From positions 56,644 through 120,643 of the forward strand of contig JBMYLP010000004.1 of assembly GCA_049596455.1 (NCBI GenBank): a DNA stretch of 64,000 nt, written 5' to 3'. The notes beneath the pieces are model-generated. The model was not told the DNA's origin and ran no database searches. It worked only from the letters and a program-made list of their open reading frames with translations. Made by a program: the position numbers and the translations under genes. The DNA is from Flavobacteriaceae bacterium (GTDB taxonomy: Bacteria; Bacteroidota; Bacteroidia; Flavobacteriales; Flavobacteriaceae). Shown here piece after piece: positions 29,019 to 39,744 of the stretch; the stretch's first letter is position 1, and each line of letters opens with the position of its first letter.

Positions 29019-29848
29019 AGCGATTGTTTTTGATAGAGTTTGACAAACTGCGAACCAACCGCTCTAGCCGTATTTTGATTGGTGCATATTTTATTTTGCT
29101 AACCTCCATTGCGCTAATTGCTGCCATAAAGTTTGACATTGGTCCTATCAAGTTTCACTTGGCGGAACAAGGTATTTTTAATTTTCCCTACGTATGGCAT
29201 TTTAATGCGTTTATCGGGGCGTGGTTTAAAATCTTTTTGGCTGTGGTTATCGTTTCCATGACCGCCAACGAATACAGCAACAAAACCATCAAACAGAACC
29301 TCATTGACGGCCTTAGCAAACGCGAATTTTTACATTCCAAATGGATTATGATTTTTGCTTTTGCAGGTATTTCTACGCTGTTCATTTTTGTGGTATCGCT
29401 GATTTTGGGACTTATGTATTCCAATTATACCGAATTAGGCATCATTTTTAGTGATTTAGAATACCTGTTGGCGTACTTTCTAAAGCTAGTCGCTTTTTTT
29501 GGCTTTTGCTTGTTTTTGGGAACAGTTATCAAACGCTCTGCTTTTGCCCTGGGTTTTTTAGGTGTTTGGCAAATGTTTGAAGGGATTTGTTATGGTCTTC
29601 TCAAGTGGAAATCACCTTCTTGGATAGATGCCGATCAAGTGTTTAGGTTATTTCCTTTAAATGCCATGAGCAACCTAATTCCCGAGCCCTTTACGCGCCT
29701 TTCTGCGGTGCGCAATCTTGCAGAACAAGTAGGTGAAGTGATGCAAACCAATTCCGCTGTACGCTTTTGGGACATCGTGATTGTAGTGTTGTGGTCCTAT
29801 ATTTTTTATTTATTAACCTATAGACTTCTCAAACGCCGCGACCTCTAA
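29015..29848 (+). CDS. ABC-2 type transporter permease
   Basis: Multi-pass membrane protein. Overlaps the ATPase gene by 4 nt. Confidence 0.7.
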   Translation: MKRLFLIEFDKLRTNRSSRILIGAYFILLTSIALIAAIKFDIGPIKFHLAEQGIFNFPYVWHFNAFIGAWFKIFLAVVIVSMTANEYSNKTIKQNLIDGLSKREFLHSKWIMIFAFAGISTLFIFVVSLILGLMYSNYTELGIIFSDLEYLLAYFLKLVAFFGFCLFLGTVIKRSAFALGFLGVWQMFEGICYGLLKWKSPSWIDADQVFRLFPLNAMSNLIPEPFTRLSAVRNLAEQVGEVMQTNSAVRFWDIVIVVLWSYIFYLLTYRLLKRRDL

Positions 29849-29856
29849 GTTTTTGC

Positions 29857-29864
29857 TATTTTTG
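29857..29864 (+). promoter_or_regulatory. -7 box TATTTTTG, 7 nt upstream of the uvrB ATG
   Basis: Exact TAnnTTTG match. Confidence 0.45.
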
Positions 29865-29871
29865 GCATGCT

Positions 29872-31854
29872 ATGGAGTTCGAGCTTATTTCTGATTTTAA
29901 ACCCACTGGTGATCAGCCAGAAGCCATTCGCCAATTGGCGATAGGACTTGCCGAACAAGATAAGTTTCAAACGCTTTTGGGTGTTACAGGCTCTGGCAAA
30001 ACCTTTACAGTTGCCAATGTCATTGCCGAAACCAGACGCCCAACGTTAGTGCTTGCACACAACAAAACCCTAGCAGCGCAACTCTATGCCGAATTCAAAC
30101 AGTTTTTTCCCAATAATGCTGTGGAGTATTTTGTATCCTATTACGATTACTACCAACCGGAGGCGTATATTCCTACCACAGGGACATATATTGAAAAGGA
30201 TTTGTCCATAAACGATGAAATTGAGAAACTGCGATTAAGCACCACTTCGTCCTTGCTTTCGGGGCGACGCGACGTAATTGTAGTGGCATCCGTTTCATGT
30301 CTTTACGGCATCGGAAATCCTGTGGAGTTTAAAAAGAATGTGATTCATATTCGGGTTGATCAAGTTATTCCCCGAACAAAATTGCTGCATCAGTTGGTCC
30401 AAAGCCTATATGCGCGTACTACTGCTGATTTTTTACATGGGAATTTTCGTGTCAACGGAGATGTGATTGATGTTTTTCCGAGCTATGCCGATCATGCTTT
30501 TAAAATTCATTTTTTTGGCGATGAGATTGAAGCCATTGAGGTTTTTGACCCACTTACAGGAACCATTAAGGAAAATTTTGAGCAACTGACCATTTACCCA
30601 GCTAATATGTTTGCGACTTCCCCAGAAGTGCTGCAAAATGCGATTCATCAAATCCAGGATGACCTAATTGCACAGGTGGCATATTTTAAAGAAATAGGCA
30701 AACATTTGGAAGCCAAACGATTGGAGGAACGCACCAATTTTGATTTGGAAATGATTCGTGAGTTGGGCTATTGTTCAGGAATAGAAAATTACTCACGTTA
30801 CATTGATGGTCGCGCGCCTGGCACACGACCCTTTTGTTTGTTGGATTATTTCCCAGACGATTATTTGATGGTGGTGGACGAAAGCCACGTAACCCTCTCG
30901 CAAGTGCACGCCATGTATGGTGGAGATAGAAGCAGAAAAGAAAATTTAGTCGAATACGGATTTCGATTACCTGCCGCAATGGACAACCGTCCGTTAAAGT
31001 ACGAAGAGTTTGAGCAGTTACAACGTCAAGTTATTTACGTAAGTGCCACGCCATCTGATTACGAATTGGAGCAAACCGAAGGCGTTTATGTCGAGCAAGT
31101 TATTCGCCCCACGGGCTTACTTGACCCGCTCATTGAAGTGCGCCCCAGTCTAAATCAAATTGATGATTTGGTGGAGGAAATTCAGCTTCGCGCCGAAAAG
31201 GACGAACGTGTTTTGGTGACTACGCTTACCAAACGCATGGCAGAGGAATTGACCAAATACCTCTCACGCATTGCCATCAGGTGCCGATACATTCATAGCG
31301 ATATTGACACACTTGAACGGGTTGAAATCATGCACGACTTGCGCAAAGGATTGTTTGATGTGCTGATTGGCGTAAACCTGTTGCGTGAAGGTTTAGATTT
31401 ACCTGAAGTATCATTGGTTGCCATTTTAGATGCAGACAAAGAGGGCTTTTTGCGTTCGGCTCGTTCGCTGACGCAAACCGTTGGTAGGGCAGCTCGAAAC
31501 CTTAATGGGATGGCAATTATGTATGCAGATACCGTTACCAAAAGCATGCAAAAAACCATTGACGAAACTCAATATCGAAGAGCCAAACAAATGGCGTATA
31601 ACGAACGGCACAACATTACGCCTCAAGCACTAAACAAAGCCTTAGATGAAACGTTTGAGCGTGCCAACCCCTCGCCAGTTTTAGCACTAGAAAAGGAAGA
31701 TATTGCATATTTATCTAAAGATGCGCTGCAAGCCAAGGTGCGAAAGGCAAGAAAAGACATGGAAAAAGCCGCCATGGACATGGATTTTATCCAGGCGGCT
31801 CATTTTAGAGATGAAATTGAGCGTATGCAAAACCAACTTAAAACGTTGAGTTAG
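29872..31854 (+). CDS. uvrB: excinuclease ABC subunit B
   Basis: Contains GVTGSGKT, a DESH box and the C-terminal UVR domain (AAHFRDEI). Confidence 0.96.
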   Translation: MEFELISDFKPTGDQPEAIRQLAIGLAEQDKFQTLLGVTGSGKTFTVANVIAETRRPTLVLAHNKTLAAQLYAEFKQFFPNNAVEYFVSYYDYYQPEAYIPTTGTYIEKDLSINDEIEKLRLSTTSSLLSGRRDVIVVASVSCLYGIGNPVEFKKNVIHIRVDQVIPRTKLLHQLVQSLYARTTADFLHGNFRVNGDVIDVFPSYADHAFKIHFFGDEIEAIEVFDPLTGTIKENFEQLTIYPANMFATSPEVLQNAIHQIQDDLIAQVAYFKEIGKHLEAKRLEERTNFDLEMIRELGYCSGIENYSRYIDGRAPGTRPFCLLDYFPDDYLMVVDESHVTLSQVHAMYGGDRSRKENLVEYGFRLPAAMDNRPLKYEEFEQLQRQVIYVSATPSDYELEQTEGVYVEQVIRPTGLLDPLIEVRPSLNQIDDLVEEIQLRAEKDERVLVTTLTKRMAEELTKYLSRIAIRCRYIHSDIDTLERVEIMHDLRKGLFDVLIGVNLLREGLDLPEVSLVAILDADKEGFLRSARSLTQTVGRAARNLNGMAIMYADTVTKSMQKTIDETQYRRAKQMAYNERHNITPQALNKALDETFERANPSPVLALEKEDIAYLSKDALQAKVRKARKDMEKAAMDMDFIQAAHFRDEIERMQNQLKTLS

Positions 31855-31867
31855 CACACATTTATAC

Positions 31868-32296
31868 TTACTTAATTTCAATCTGCTTTTTGGGTTCAGG
31901 AATGGCTTCTTGAAGCTTGGGCAAACCAATGGTTAAAATACCATTGTCATACTTTGCCTTAATCCCCGAAGTGTCGATAGTGTCGGGCAGTCTAAAACTG
32001 CGTTGAAAGCTATCGTAAGCAAACTCTCGGCGTGTAAATTGTGCGGATTTACTTTCGTCTTCATGAGTTGACTCACTTGAAATGGTCAATACATGATCGT
32101 CTAGCTCCACATTGAAGTCCTTTCGGGTTTTTCCAGGAGCAGCAAGGGCTACTTCAAAAGCCGTATCTGTCTCCGAAATATTTACTGAAGGAACTTGTGC
32201 ACGCGTTGATGTTGTGGTTAACGGAAACGATGTTCCAAAAAATTCATCCAATAAAGATGGGAATAATGTATTTGTATTTCTACGAACTAAATTCAT
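31868..32296 (-). CDS. Hsp20/alpha-crystallin family small heat-shock protein
   Basis: Has an alpha-crystallin domain (FEVALAAPGKTRKDFNVELDDHVLTIS...GILTIGLPK). I take the ATG at 32296 (MNLVRRN) as the start. Confidence 0.88.
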   Translation of the reverse strand: MNLVRRNTNTLFPSLLDEFFGTSFPLTTTSTRAQVPSVNISETDTAFEVALAAPGKTRKDFNVELDDHVLTISSESTHEDESKSAQFTRREFAYDSFQRSFRLPDTIDTSGIKAKYDNGILTIGLPKLQEAIPEPKKQIEIK

Positions 32297-32299
32297 GAT

Positions 32300-32326
32300 G
32301 TTAGGTTTTAATGTTATACACCTAAC
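32300..32326 (-). promoter_or_regulatory. 5'-UTR hairpin GUUAGGU-N13-ACCUAAC ending 3 nt before the hsp20 AUG (candidate RNA thermometer)
   Basis: Perfect 7-bp inverted repeat seen directly in the sequence. The functional assignment is inference. Confidence 0.3.
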
Positions 32327-32353
32327 CCATGGCAATTTGTGTACCTTTTGATT

Positions 32354-32403
32354 TTAACTGACATTTTGTCTGTTAAGTCGTTATTTTTAGTGACACTTTG
32401 TCA
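32354..32403 (-). promoter_or_regulatory. two palindromes sharing a GACA-N3-TGTC core upstream of hsp20 (candidate operator pair)
   Basis: 32391-32403 is TGACA-AAG-TGTCA. 32354-32376 is TTAACAGACA-AAA-TGTCAGTTAA with 1 mismatch. The cores are spaced 32 bp apart. Confidence 0.3.
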
Positions 32404-32404
32404 A

Positions 32405-33598
32405 TTATTGGAGAACCGCCTGTACTTTATCAGCAGCTTCTTGGAACAAAATGGCACTTTCTACTTCCAGTCCTGAATCATCAATAAGCTTTTTGGCAAT
32501 GTCGGCATTAGTGCCTTGAAGACGAACAATAATGGGAACTTTTATAGCATCTCCCATATTTTTATATGCATCTACAATTCCTTGCGCTACACGGTCGCAA
32601 CGTACGATTCCACCAAAAATATTAATCAAAATCGCCTTTACTTTTGGGTCTTGAAGAATAATACGGAAGGCAGCCTCAACACGCGCTGCATCTGCCGTTC
32701 CACCCACATCTAAAAAGTTAGCAGGGTCGCCACCAGCTTGCTTAATCAAATCCATAGTAGCCATGGCAAGTCCAGCACCGTTTACCATACAACCCACATT
32801 TCCATCAAGCGCCACGTAGTTTAATCCTACTTCGCGCGCTGCCACGTCTGTTGGGTTTTCCTCACGAATATCACGCATAGCCTCAAAATCGGGATGACGA
32901 AACAATGCGTTATCATCAAGGGTAACCTTTGCGTCCACCGCAATAATTTTATCATCGGAGGTTTTTAGCACAGGATTGATTTCAAACAGCGCCGCATCGG
33001 CACCCACATAAGCTTTGTATAGCGCAGTAACAAATTTGGTCATTCCTTTGAACGCAGCACCTGAAAGCCCAAGATTAAAAGCCACTTTTCGTGCTTGAAA
33101 AGGCAACAAGCCAACGGTTGGATCAACTTCTTCCGTGAAAATAAGCTCGGGGGTTTGCTCTGCAACCGTTTCAATATCCATACCCCCCTCAGTAGAATAC
33201 ATAATCATATTGCGTCCCGTAGCACGGTTTAGCAACACGGAAATGTAAAATTCTTTAGGCTCGGAGTCACCTGGGTAATACACGTCCTCGGCAACCAACA
33301 CTTGATGCACTTTTTTCCCTTCGGCAGTGGTTTGCGGAGTTACCAATTGCATTCCAATGATATCATCTGCAATTTGCGCTACCTCATCTAACGATTTGGC
33401 AAGTTTTACGCCGCCGCCTTTTCCACGACCGCCAGCATGCACTTGTGCCTTAATTACATGCCAACCTGTTCCAGTTTCTTCTGTAAGTTGCTTTGCTGCA
33501 GTCACTGCTTCCGCTGGGGTTGTGGCTACAACGCCACGCTGAATGCCTACACCAAATTGAGCTAAAATCTCTTTTCCTTGATATTCGTGTACGTTCAT
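32405..33598 (-). CDS. sucC: succinate-CoA ligase (ADP-forming) beta subunit
   Basis: Starts MNVHEYQGKEIL, has an ATP-grasp region and GGIVRCD. TATTTTTG box lies 20 nt upstream. Confidence 0.96.
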   Translation of the reverse strand: MNVHEYQGKEILAQFGVGIQRGVVATTPAEAVTAAKQLTEETGTGWHVIKAQVHAGGRGKGGGVKLAKSLDEVAQIADDIIGMQLVTPQTTAEGKKVHQVLVAEDVYYPGDSEPKEFYISVLLNRATGRNMIMYSTEGGMDIETVAEQTPELIFTEEVDPTVGLLPFQARKVAFNLGLSGAAFKGMTKFVTALYKAYVGADAALFEINPVLKTSDDKIIAVDAKVTLDDNALFRHPDFEAMRDIREENPTDVAAREVGLNYVALDGNVGCMVNGAGLAMATMDLIKQAGGDPANFLDVGGTADAARVEAAFRIILQDPKVKAILINIFGGIVRCDRVAQGIVDAYKNMGDAIKVPIIVRLQGTNADIAKKLIDDSGLEVESAILFQEAADKVQAVLQ

Positions 33599-33763
33599 CG
33601 ATTAAGTTTAAGTTGCAAAAATAGAGAATCAAAAGGGCATCTGCATATAAAACCAAAAAAGATGTTTGTTGTATTTATAACATTATGTTTTATTTTTAAT
33701 ATATTTTGAAGTTCATGCCAGTATTAAATATTCAAAAACCTACATTTGCGCAAAATATTTGCG

Positions 33764-34987
33764 ATGCAACATCAAGATTTAGTTCAGATAAGTCAAGAAT
33801 ATGGAAGTCCTCTATATGTGTATGACGCACATGTTATGGAGCAGCAATACACGCGATTGACACGTGCATTTAGTGCCGTACCACATCTTCGCATCAACTA
33901 CGCAGTGAAGGCACTTTCAAACCTCAGCGTATTGAAATGGATGCACCAATTAGGCGCAGGGTTAGATACGGTTTCCATTCAGGAGGTACAATTAGGGCTT
34001 GCTGCAGGCGTGGCACCACACGAAATTATTTATACCCCTAACGGCGTTTCCCTTTCTGAAATTGAGGAAGTGGCGCAATTGGGCGTTCAAATCAATATTG
34101 ACAACTTAGATGTATTGGAACAATTTGGTACAGCGCACCCAAATGTTCCTGTGTGTATTCGAATTAATCCGCACATTATGGCTGGTGGAAACGCAAATAT
34201 CTCCGTGGGGCATATCGATTCAAAATTTGGTATTAGTATTCATCAAATGCCACATCTGTTACGCATCGTAGAAAACACAGGGATGCGCATCAATGGTGTG
34301 CATATGCATACGGGAAGTGATATTTTGGATATTGATGTGTTTTTACATGCTGCTGAAATTCTTTTTGATACGGCAAGGTCGTTTAGCGATTTAGAATTTT
34401 TGGATTTTGGAAGCGGATTTAAAGTCCCTTACAAGCCCGGCGATAATGAAACCAACATTGAGGAATTGGGCGAAAAATTAAGCGAACGCTTCAATGCATT
34501 TTGTACTGAATATGGCAAAGAATTGGTGCTGGCATTTGAGCCTGGGAAATTTTTAGTAAGCCAAGCAGGATATTTTTTAGCGCAAGTGAACTCGGTAAAG
34601 CAAACCACCTCTACGGTGTTTGCACAAGTAAATAGCGGATTCAATCACCTTATTCGCCCGATGCTATACGGAGCTCAACACCGCATTGAAAATATTTCAA
34701 ATCCCAATGGGCGTGAACGTTTTTACTCTGTTGTAGGCTATATCTGCGAAACCGACACCTTTGCCAATAACCGCAAAATTGCGGAAATCAGCGATGGCGA
34801 TGTGTTGTGCTTTCACAATGCCGGTGCATACTGCTTTACTATGGCAAGCAACTACAACTCCCGCTTTAGACCTGCTGAAGTGCTTTGGCACGATGGAGAA
34901 GCAAAGCTTATTCGTAAAGCCGAAAGCTTTAACGACCTGATACAAAACCAAGTGGTATTGGATTTTAAAGAAAAAGCATTGGCTTAA
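33764..34987 (+). CDS. lysA: diaminopimelate decarboxylase
   Basis: Contains the YAVKA PLP-Lys, HMHTGS and EPGKFL motifs. The first ATG is at 33764 and a TACATTTG box lies 15 nt upstream. Confidence 0.9.
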   Translation: MQHQDLVQISQEYGSPLYVYDAHVMEQQYTRLTRAFSAVPHLRINYAVKALSNLSVLKWMHQLGAGLDTVSIQEVQLGLAAGVAPHEIIYTPNGVSLSEIEEVAQLGVQINIDNLDVLEQFGTAHPNVPVCIRINPHIMAGGNANISVGHIDSKFGISIHQMPHLLRIVENTGMRINGVHMHTGSDILDIDVFLHAAEILFDTARSFSDLEFLDFGSGFKVPYKPGDNETNIEELGEKLSERFNAFCTEYGKELVLAFEPGKFLVSQAGYFLAQVNSVKQTTSTVFAQVNSGFNHLIRPMLYGAQHRIENISNPNGRERFYSVVGYICETDTFANNRKIAEISDGDVLCFHNAGAYCFTMASNYNSRFRPAEVLWHDGEAKLIRKAESFNDLIQNQVVLDFKEKALA

Positions 34988-36222
34988 CCAATCACTCCGG
35001 AGCCAATACATTCATTTTCCAAGTACCATGCGGCAAATTGTCCTGCTGCAATAGCAGACTGTGGCGCATCAAAAACCAAAAAAACACCTTCTGGTACGGG
35101 ATGTAAGGTAGCCGCTGCCAAAGGTTGGCGGTAACGAATACGCGCTTGTACTCGCGTGGGCTGCTCAGTTGCCAAATCGGGGCGTATCCAATGAACATCT
35201 TCTTGCGCAATCCAAAGCGCACGGCGGTATAGCCCTTGATGATTTTTTCCCTCACCTACATAGATTGTATTTGTTTCCACATCGGTAGCCAACACAAAAA
35301 GTGGCTCAACCGTACCCCCAATCGCCAAGCCTTTTCGTTGCCCTATCGTAAAAAAATGTGCGCCGTTATGCGTTCCAACTTTGTTACCATCGGTTGGGGA
35401 ATAGGTGTATTTTTTAGCCAATCCTTCAGGAGAAGTCTCGCGAGATTCGGCGTACATCGGGTGCGAATTGGGAACTTGAATGATATCTCCTTTTTTGACC
35501 GCAAGTTTTTGTTGTAAAAAGTCGGGAAGGCTTACTTTTCCAATAAAACACAACCCCTGTGAATCTCGTTTTTCAGCGGTAATGAGCCCTTGCTCAGCGG
35601 CAATTTTACGCACCTCGCTTTTTTGTAATCCTCCAATAGGAAACAAGGTTTTTGCCAATTGCGCCTGATTAAGTTGACACAAAAAATAGGATTGGTCTTT
35701 GTTGACATCGGCTCCAGCAAGTAATCTGTAAGTGGGTGCTTCGGCAGGCTCAGCATCCACGGCAGGCTCAGTGTTCGCATTAGTACTTTTTAATGACTGG
35801 GTTGCTGAGCCTGTCGAAGCAACCATTCCCTTTTGACAATAGTGCCCCGTTGCAACAAAATCAGCACCCAACGAAATAGCAATATCTAAAAACACGTCGA
35901 ATTTGATTTCACGATTGCACAACACATCTGGATTTGGAGTGCGCCCACGTTGATATTCAGCAAACATATAATCTACAATGCGCGCTTTATACTGCTCACT
36001 CAAATCCACTGTTTGAAAAGGAATTCCCAGTTTGTCGGCTACAAGCATCGCATCATTACTATCTTCTAACCATGGACATTCATCGGAGAGTGTAACGGAG
36101 TCGTCATGCCAGTTTTTCATAAACAAGCCAATAACCTCATAGCCCTGCTGCAACAACAAATAAGCCGCAACGCTAGAGTCTACGCCTCCCGAAAGTCCAA
36201 CAATGACACGTTTTCCTTGCAT
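34984..36222 (-). CDS. mnmA: tRNA 2-thiouridine(34) synthase MnmA, carrying a 28-aa in-frame insertion
   Basis: Contains the PP-loop [16 protein letters not shown] and NKDQSYFL. The start at 36222 is supported by a TACCTTTG box 4 nt upstream. Confidence 0.92.
   Translation of the reverse strand: MQGKRVIVGLSGGVDSSVAAYLLLQQGYEVIGLFMKNWHDDSVTLSDECPWLEDSNDAMLVADKLGIPFQTVDLSEQYKARIVDYMFAEYQRGRTPNPDVLCNREIKFDVFLDIAISLGADFVATGHYCQKGMVASTGSATQSLKSTNANTEPAVDAEPAEAPTYRLLAGADVNKDQSYFLCQLNQAQLAKTLFPIGGLQKSEVRKIAAEQGLITAEKRDSQGLCFIGKVSLPDFLQQKLAVKKGDIIQVPNSHPMYAESRETSPEGLAKKYTYSPTDGNKVGTHNGAHFFTIGQRKGLAIGGTVEPLFVLATDVETNTIYVGEGKNHQGLYRRALWIAQEDVHWIRPDLATEQPTRVQARIRYRQPLAAATLHPVPEGVFLVFDAPQSAIAAGQFAAWYLENECIGSGVIG
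35737..35820. repeat. 84-bp palindromic repeat element (17-nt terminal inverted repeats, one arm partly duplicated) embedded in frame in mnmA
   Basis: GCTTCGGCAGGCTCAGC (35738-35754) is 16/17 complementary to GCTGAGCCTGTCGAAGC (35804-35820). CGGCAGGCTCAG is repeated at 35742-35753 and 35760-35771. Confidence 0.7.
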
Positions 36223-36226
36223 GGCA

Positions 36227-36234
36227 CAAAGGTA
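36227..36234 (-). promoter_or_regulatory. -7 box TACCTTTG, 4 nt upstream of the mnmA ATG
   Basis: Exact TAnnTTTG match. Confidence 0.45.
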
Positions 36235-36281
36235 AGTATGTTGATACCGCCCCACCAAACGTGTGGGAATTAACGATTAAT

Positions 36282-38081
36282 TTACTTGCGAAGTTTTTTC
36301 TGACGTTCAGCCTCTTCCATCATTTCAGCCATTTTACGCTGAAAGCGGTTTTGCTTTTTCGGCTTCTTTTTGTTTTCCTCAATTTGGGCATGGATTTTAT
36401 CTTGATCAATAATCACGTTTTTAACCACCACCATAATAGCAATCATCAACAGGTTAGAAACCACGTAGTACAAGCTAAATCCACTTGCATAATTATTAAA
36501 GAAAAACAACATCATAACAGGCATCAAGTACATGATAAATTTCATGTTGGGCATCCCTGGCTGTGCCGGCTGCATTTGCTGTCCTGTGGTCATTCGGGTA
36601 TAGAAAAATATCGCTACCGAAGCCAATAATGGGAATAAACTGATATGGTCACCGTAGAACGGAATGCTAAACGGCAGTTCCGCAATAACATCGTAAGAGG
36701 ATAGGTCATCTGCCCATAAAAACGATTTTCCACGTAACTCATACGCAATAGGGAAAAAGTAAAATAACGCAAAGAATACAGGCATTTGCAACAGCATAGG
36801 AATACAGCCCGCAAGCGGACTTGCTCCGGCTTTGGTGTAGAGCTTCATGGTTTCCTGCTGACGCTTGGTTGCATCTTTTTTATACTTTTCATTTATCGCA
36901 GTAATTTCCGGTCTAAGCACACGCATTTTTGCTTGCGACACATAGGACTTATACAACACCGGCGACAACACCAAACGCACAATTATAGTAAGCAAAATAA
37001 TGGCAATACCATGAGGCACTAAACCTGTAAGAAATCCAAAAAGTGGATAAAAAACCGATCGGTTTATCCAACCAATAATTCCCCATCCAAACGAAATACT
37101 CTCAAATAAATTCTCATCGTAATTTTTGAGCATGGTATAATCTGTTGGCCCCATATACCAATCAAAATTGGCTTCAAAACGATTACGTTGATACGCAAGT
37201 GTGGTTTCGGTAGCAAATCCTTTAAGGTATGCAGAGGCTTCGACCTCCTCATCAGTCATGTCTGCTGACGTTAGTGTCACCTGCTCAAAAGGGTCCTCTG
37301 GAATAAGAATGCTGCTGAAAAAGTGTTGGCGGTACGATATCCACTCTACATTTTTCTCTTTGTCGTCATCGTCGCCTGATGCCGAAAGCGTGCTATACTT
37401 ATCGTTTTCGTGACGGTATGCCAACTGCGTATATCGGTTTTCGTACTGAGCGCTTTTCGCATGACGAAACCCGTCCATGCTCCAAGAAAATGCAGCCGGA
37501 ATTGACGTATCCAATGCATTTTCAATGCCTTCGGCAACCACCTCAAAACCAAAGCGATATCCCTCTTTTGGAAGTGTATACACAAATTCGATGTAGCCGT
37601 TTCCATCAACAGCAGCACGAAGGCGTAATTCTTCGCCCTTTTCATCTTTGGTAACCGTTGGTGAAAACATCAAAAATTTGGTTTGTAACAATTGCCCTGT
37701 GGCAGTGGTGAAAGCAATGTTTAGGGCGTTGTTATCTTTATCAATAAGGTACAATGGAGTGCCTTGGTAATTCACTTCTCCGTTCAACAGCACTTGCTCC
37801 ATTACACCTCCTTTGGTAGAAATGCCGAGAGTAAGTGCACTATTTTGTAGGGTAATCGTTTCTTTAGCAATTGATGTTGTAGAAACTACTTCTGTGGGAG
37901 TAGCTACAACCTGTTCAGGAGCTTGGGGTTTAGTTTCCGCAACTGCTTCCGTGGTTTGCTCTTGTTGGGTGTTGGCTTGTGCTATGTCCTCAGCAGACTG
38001 GGTGTACATCATCCATGTGAAAATGACAAAGATGAGCACCATACCAATAATTTGTAACGGGTCTATCCGACGTTCTTCCAT
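36282..38081 (-). CDS. yidC: membrane protein insertase YidC
   Basis: 599 aa with a large periplasmic domain followed by the YidC/Oxa1 core (MRVLRPEI...GCIPMLLQMPVFFALF). Confidence 0.93.
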   Translation of the reverse strand: MEERRIDPLQIIGMVLIFVIFTWMMYTQSAEDIAQANTQQEQTTEAVAETKPQAPEQVVATPTEVVSTTSIAKETITLQNSALTLGISTKGGVMEQVLLNGEVNYQGTPLYLIDKDNNALNIAFTTATGQLLQTKFLMFSPTVTKDEKGEELRLRAAVDGNGYIEFVYTLPKEGYRFGFEVVAEGIENALDTSIPAAFSWSMDGFRHAKSAQYENRYTQLAYRHENDKYSTLSASGDDDDKEKNVEWISYRQHFFSSILIPEDPFEQVTLTSADMTDEEVEASAYLKGFATETTLAYQRNRFEANFDWYMGPTDYTMLKNYDENLFESISFGWGIIGWINRSVFYPLFGFLTGLVPHGIAIILLTIIVRLVLSPVLYKSYVSQAKMRVLRPEITAINEKYKKDATKRQQETMKLYTKAGASPLAGCIPMLLQMPVFFALFYFFPIAYELRGKSFLWADDLSSYDVIAELPFSIPFYGDHISLFPLLASVAIFFYTRMTTGQQMQPAQPGMPNMKFIMYLMPVMMLFFFNNYASGFSLYYVVSNLLMIAIMVVVKNVIIDQDKIHAQIEENKKKPKKQNRFQRKMAEMMEEAERQKKLRK

Positions 38082-38084
38082 TCG

Positions 38085-39716
<1,632 letters not shown>

Positions 39717-39744
39717 TTAAAGGTGCAAAAATACAAAGAATAAA

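Noticed and set aside
33662-33709. 15-codon Phe/Ile-rich mini-ORF (MFVVFITLCFIFNIF) in the sucC-lysA divergent spacer, considered as a leader peptide.
   Set aside because: Its composition simply reflects AT-rich DNA. It has no Lys codons that would make sense for lysA attenuation, and no terminator/antiterminator structure follows.
33741-33763. ATTTGCG direct repeat and TTGCGCAA palindrome just upstream of lysA.
   Set aside because: The first copy is part of the TACATTTG -7 box. The remaining similarity is 7 nt and needs no extra explanation.
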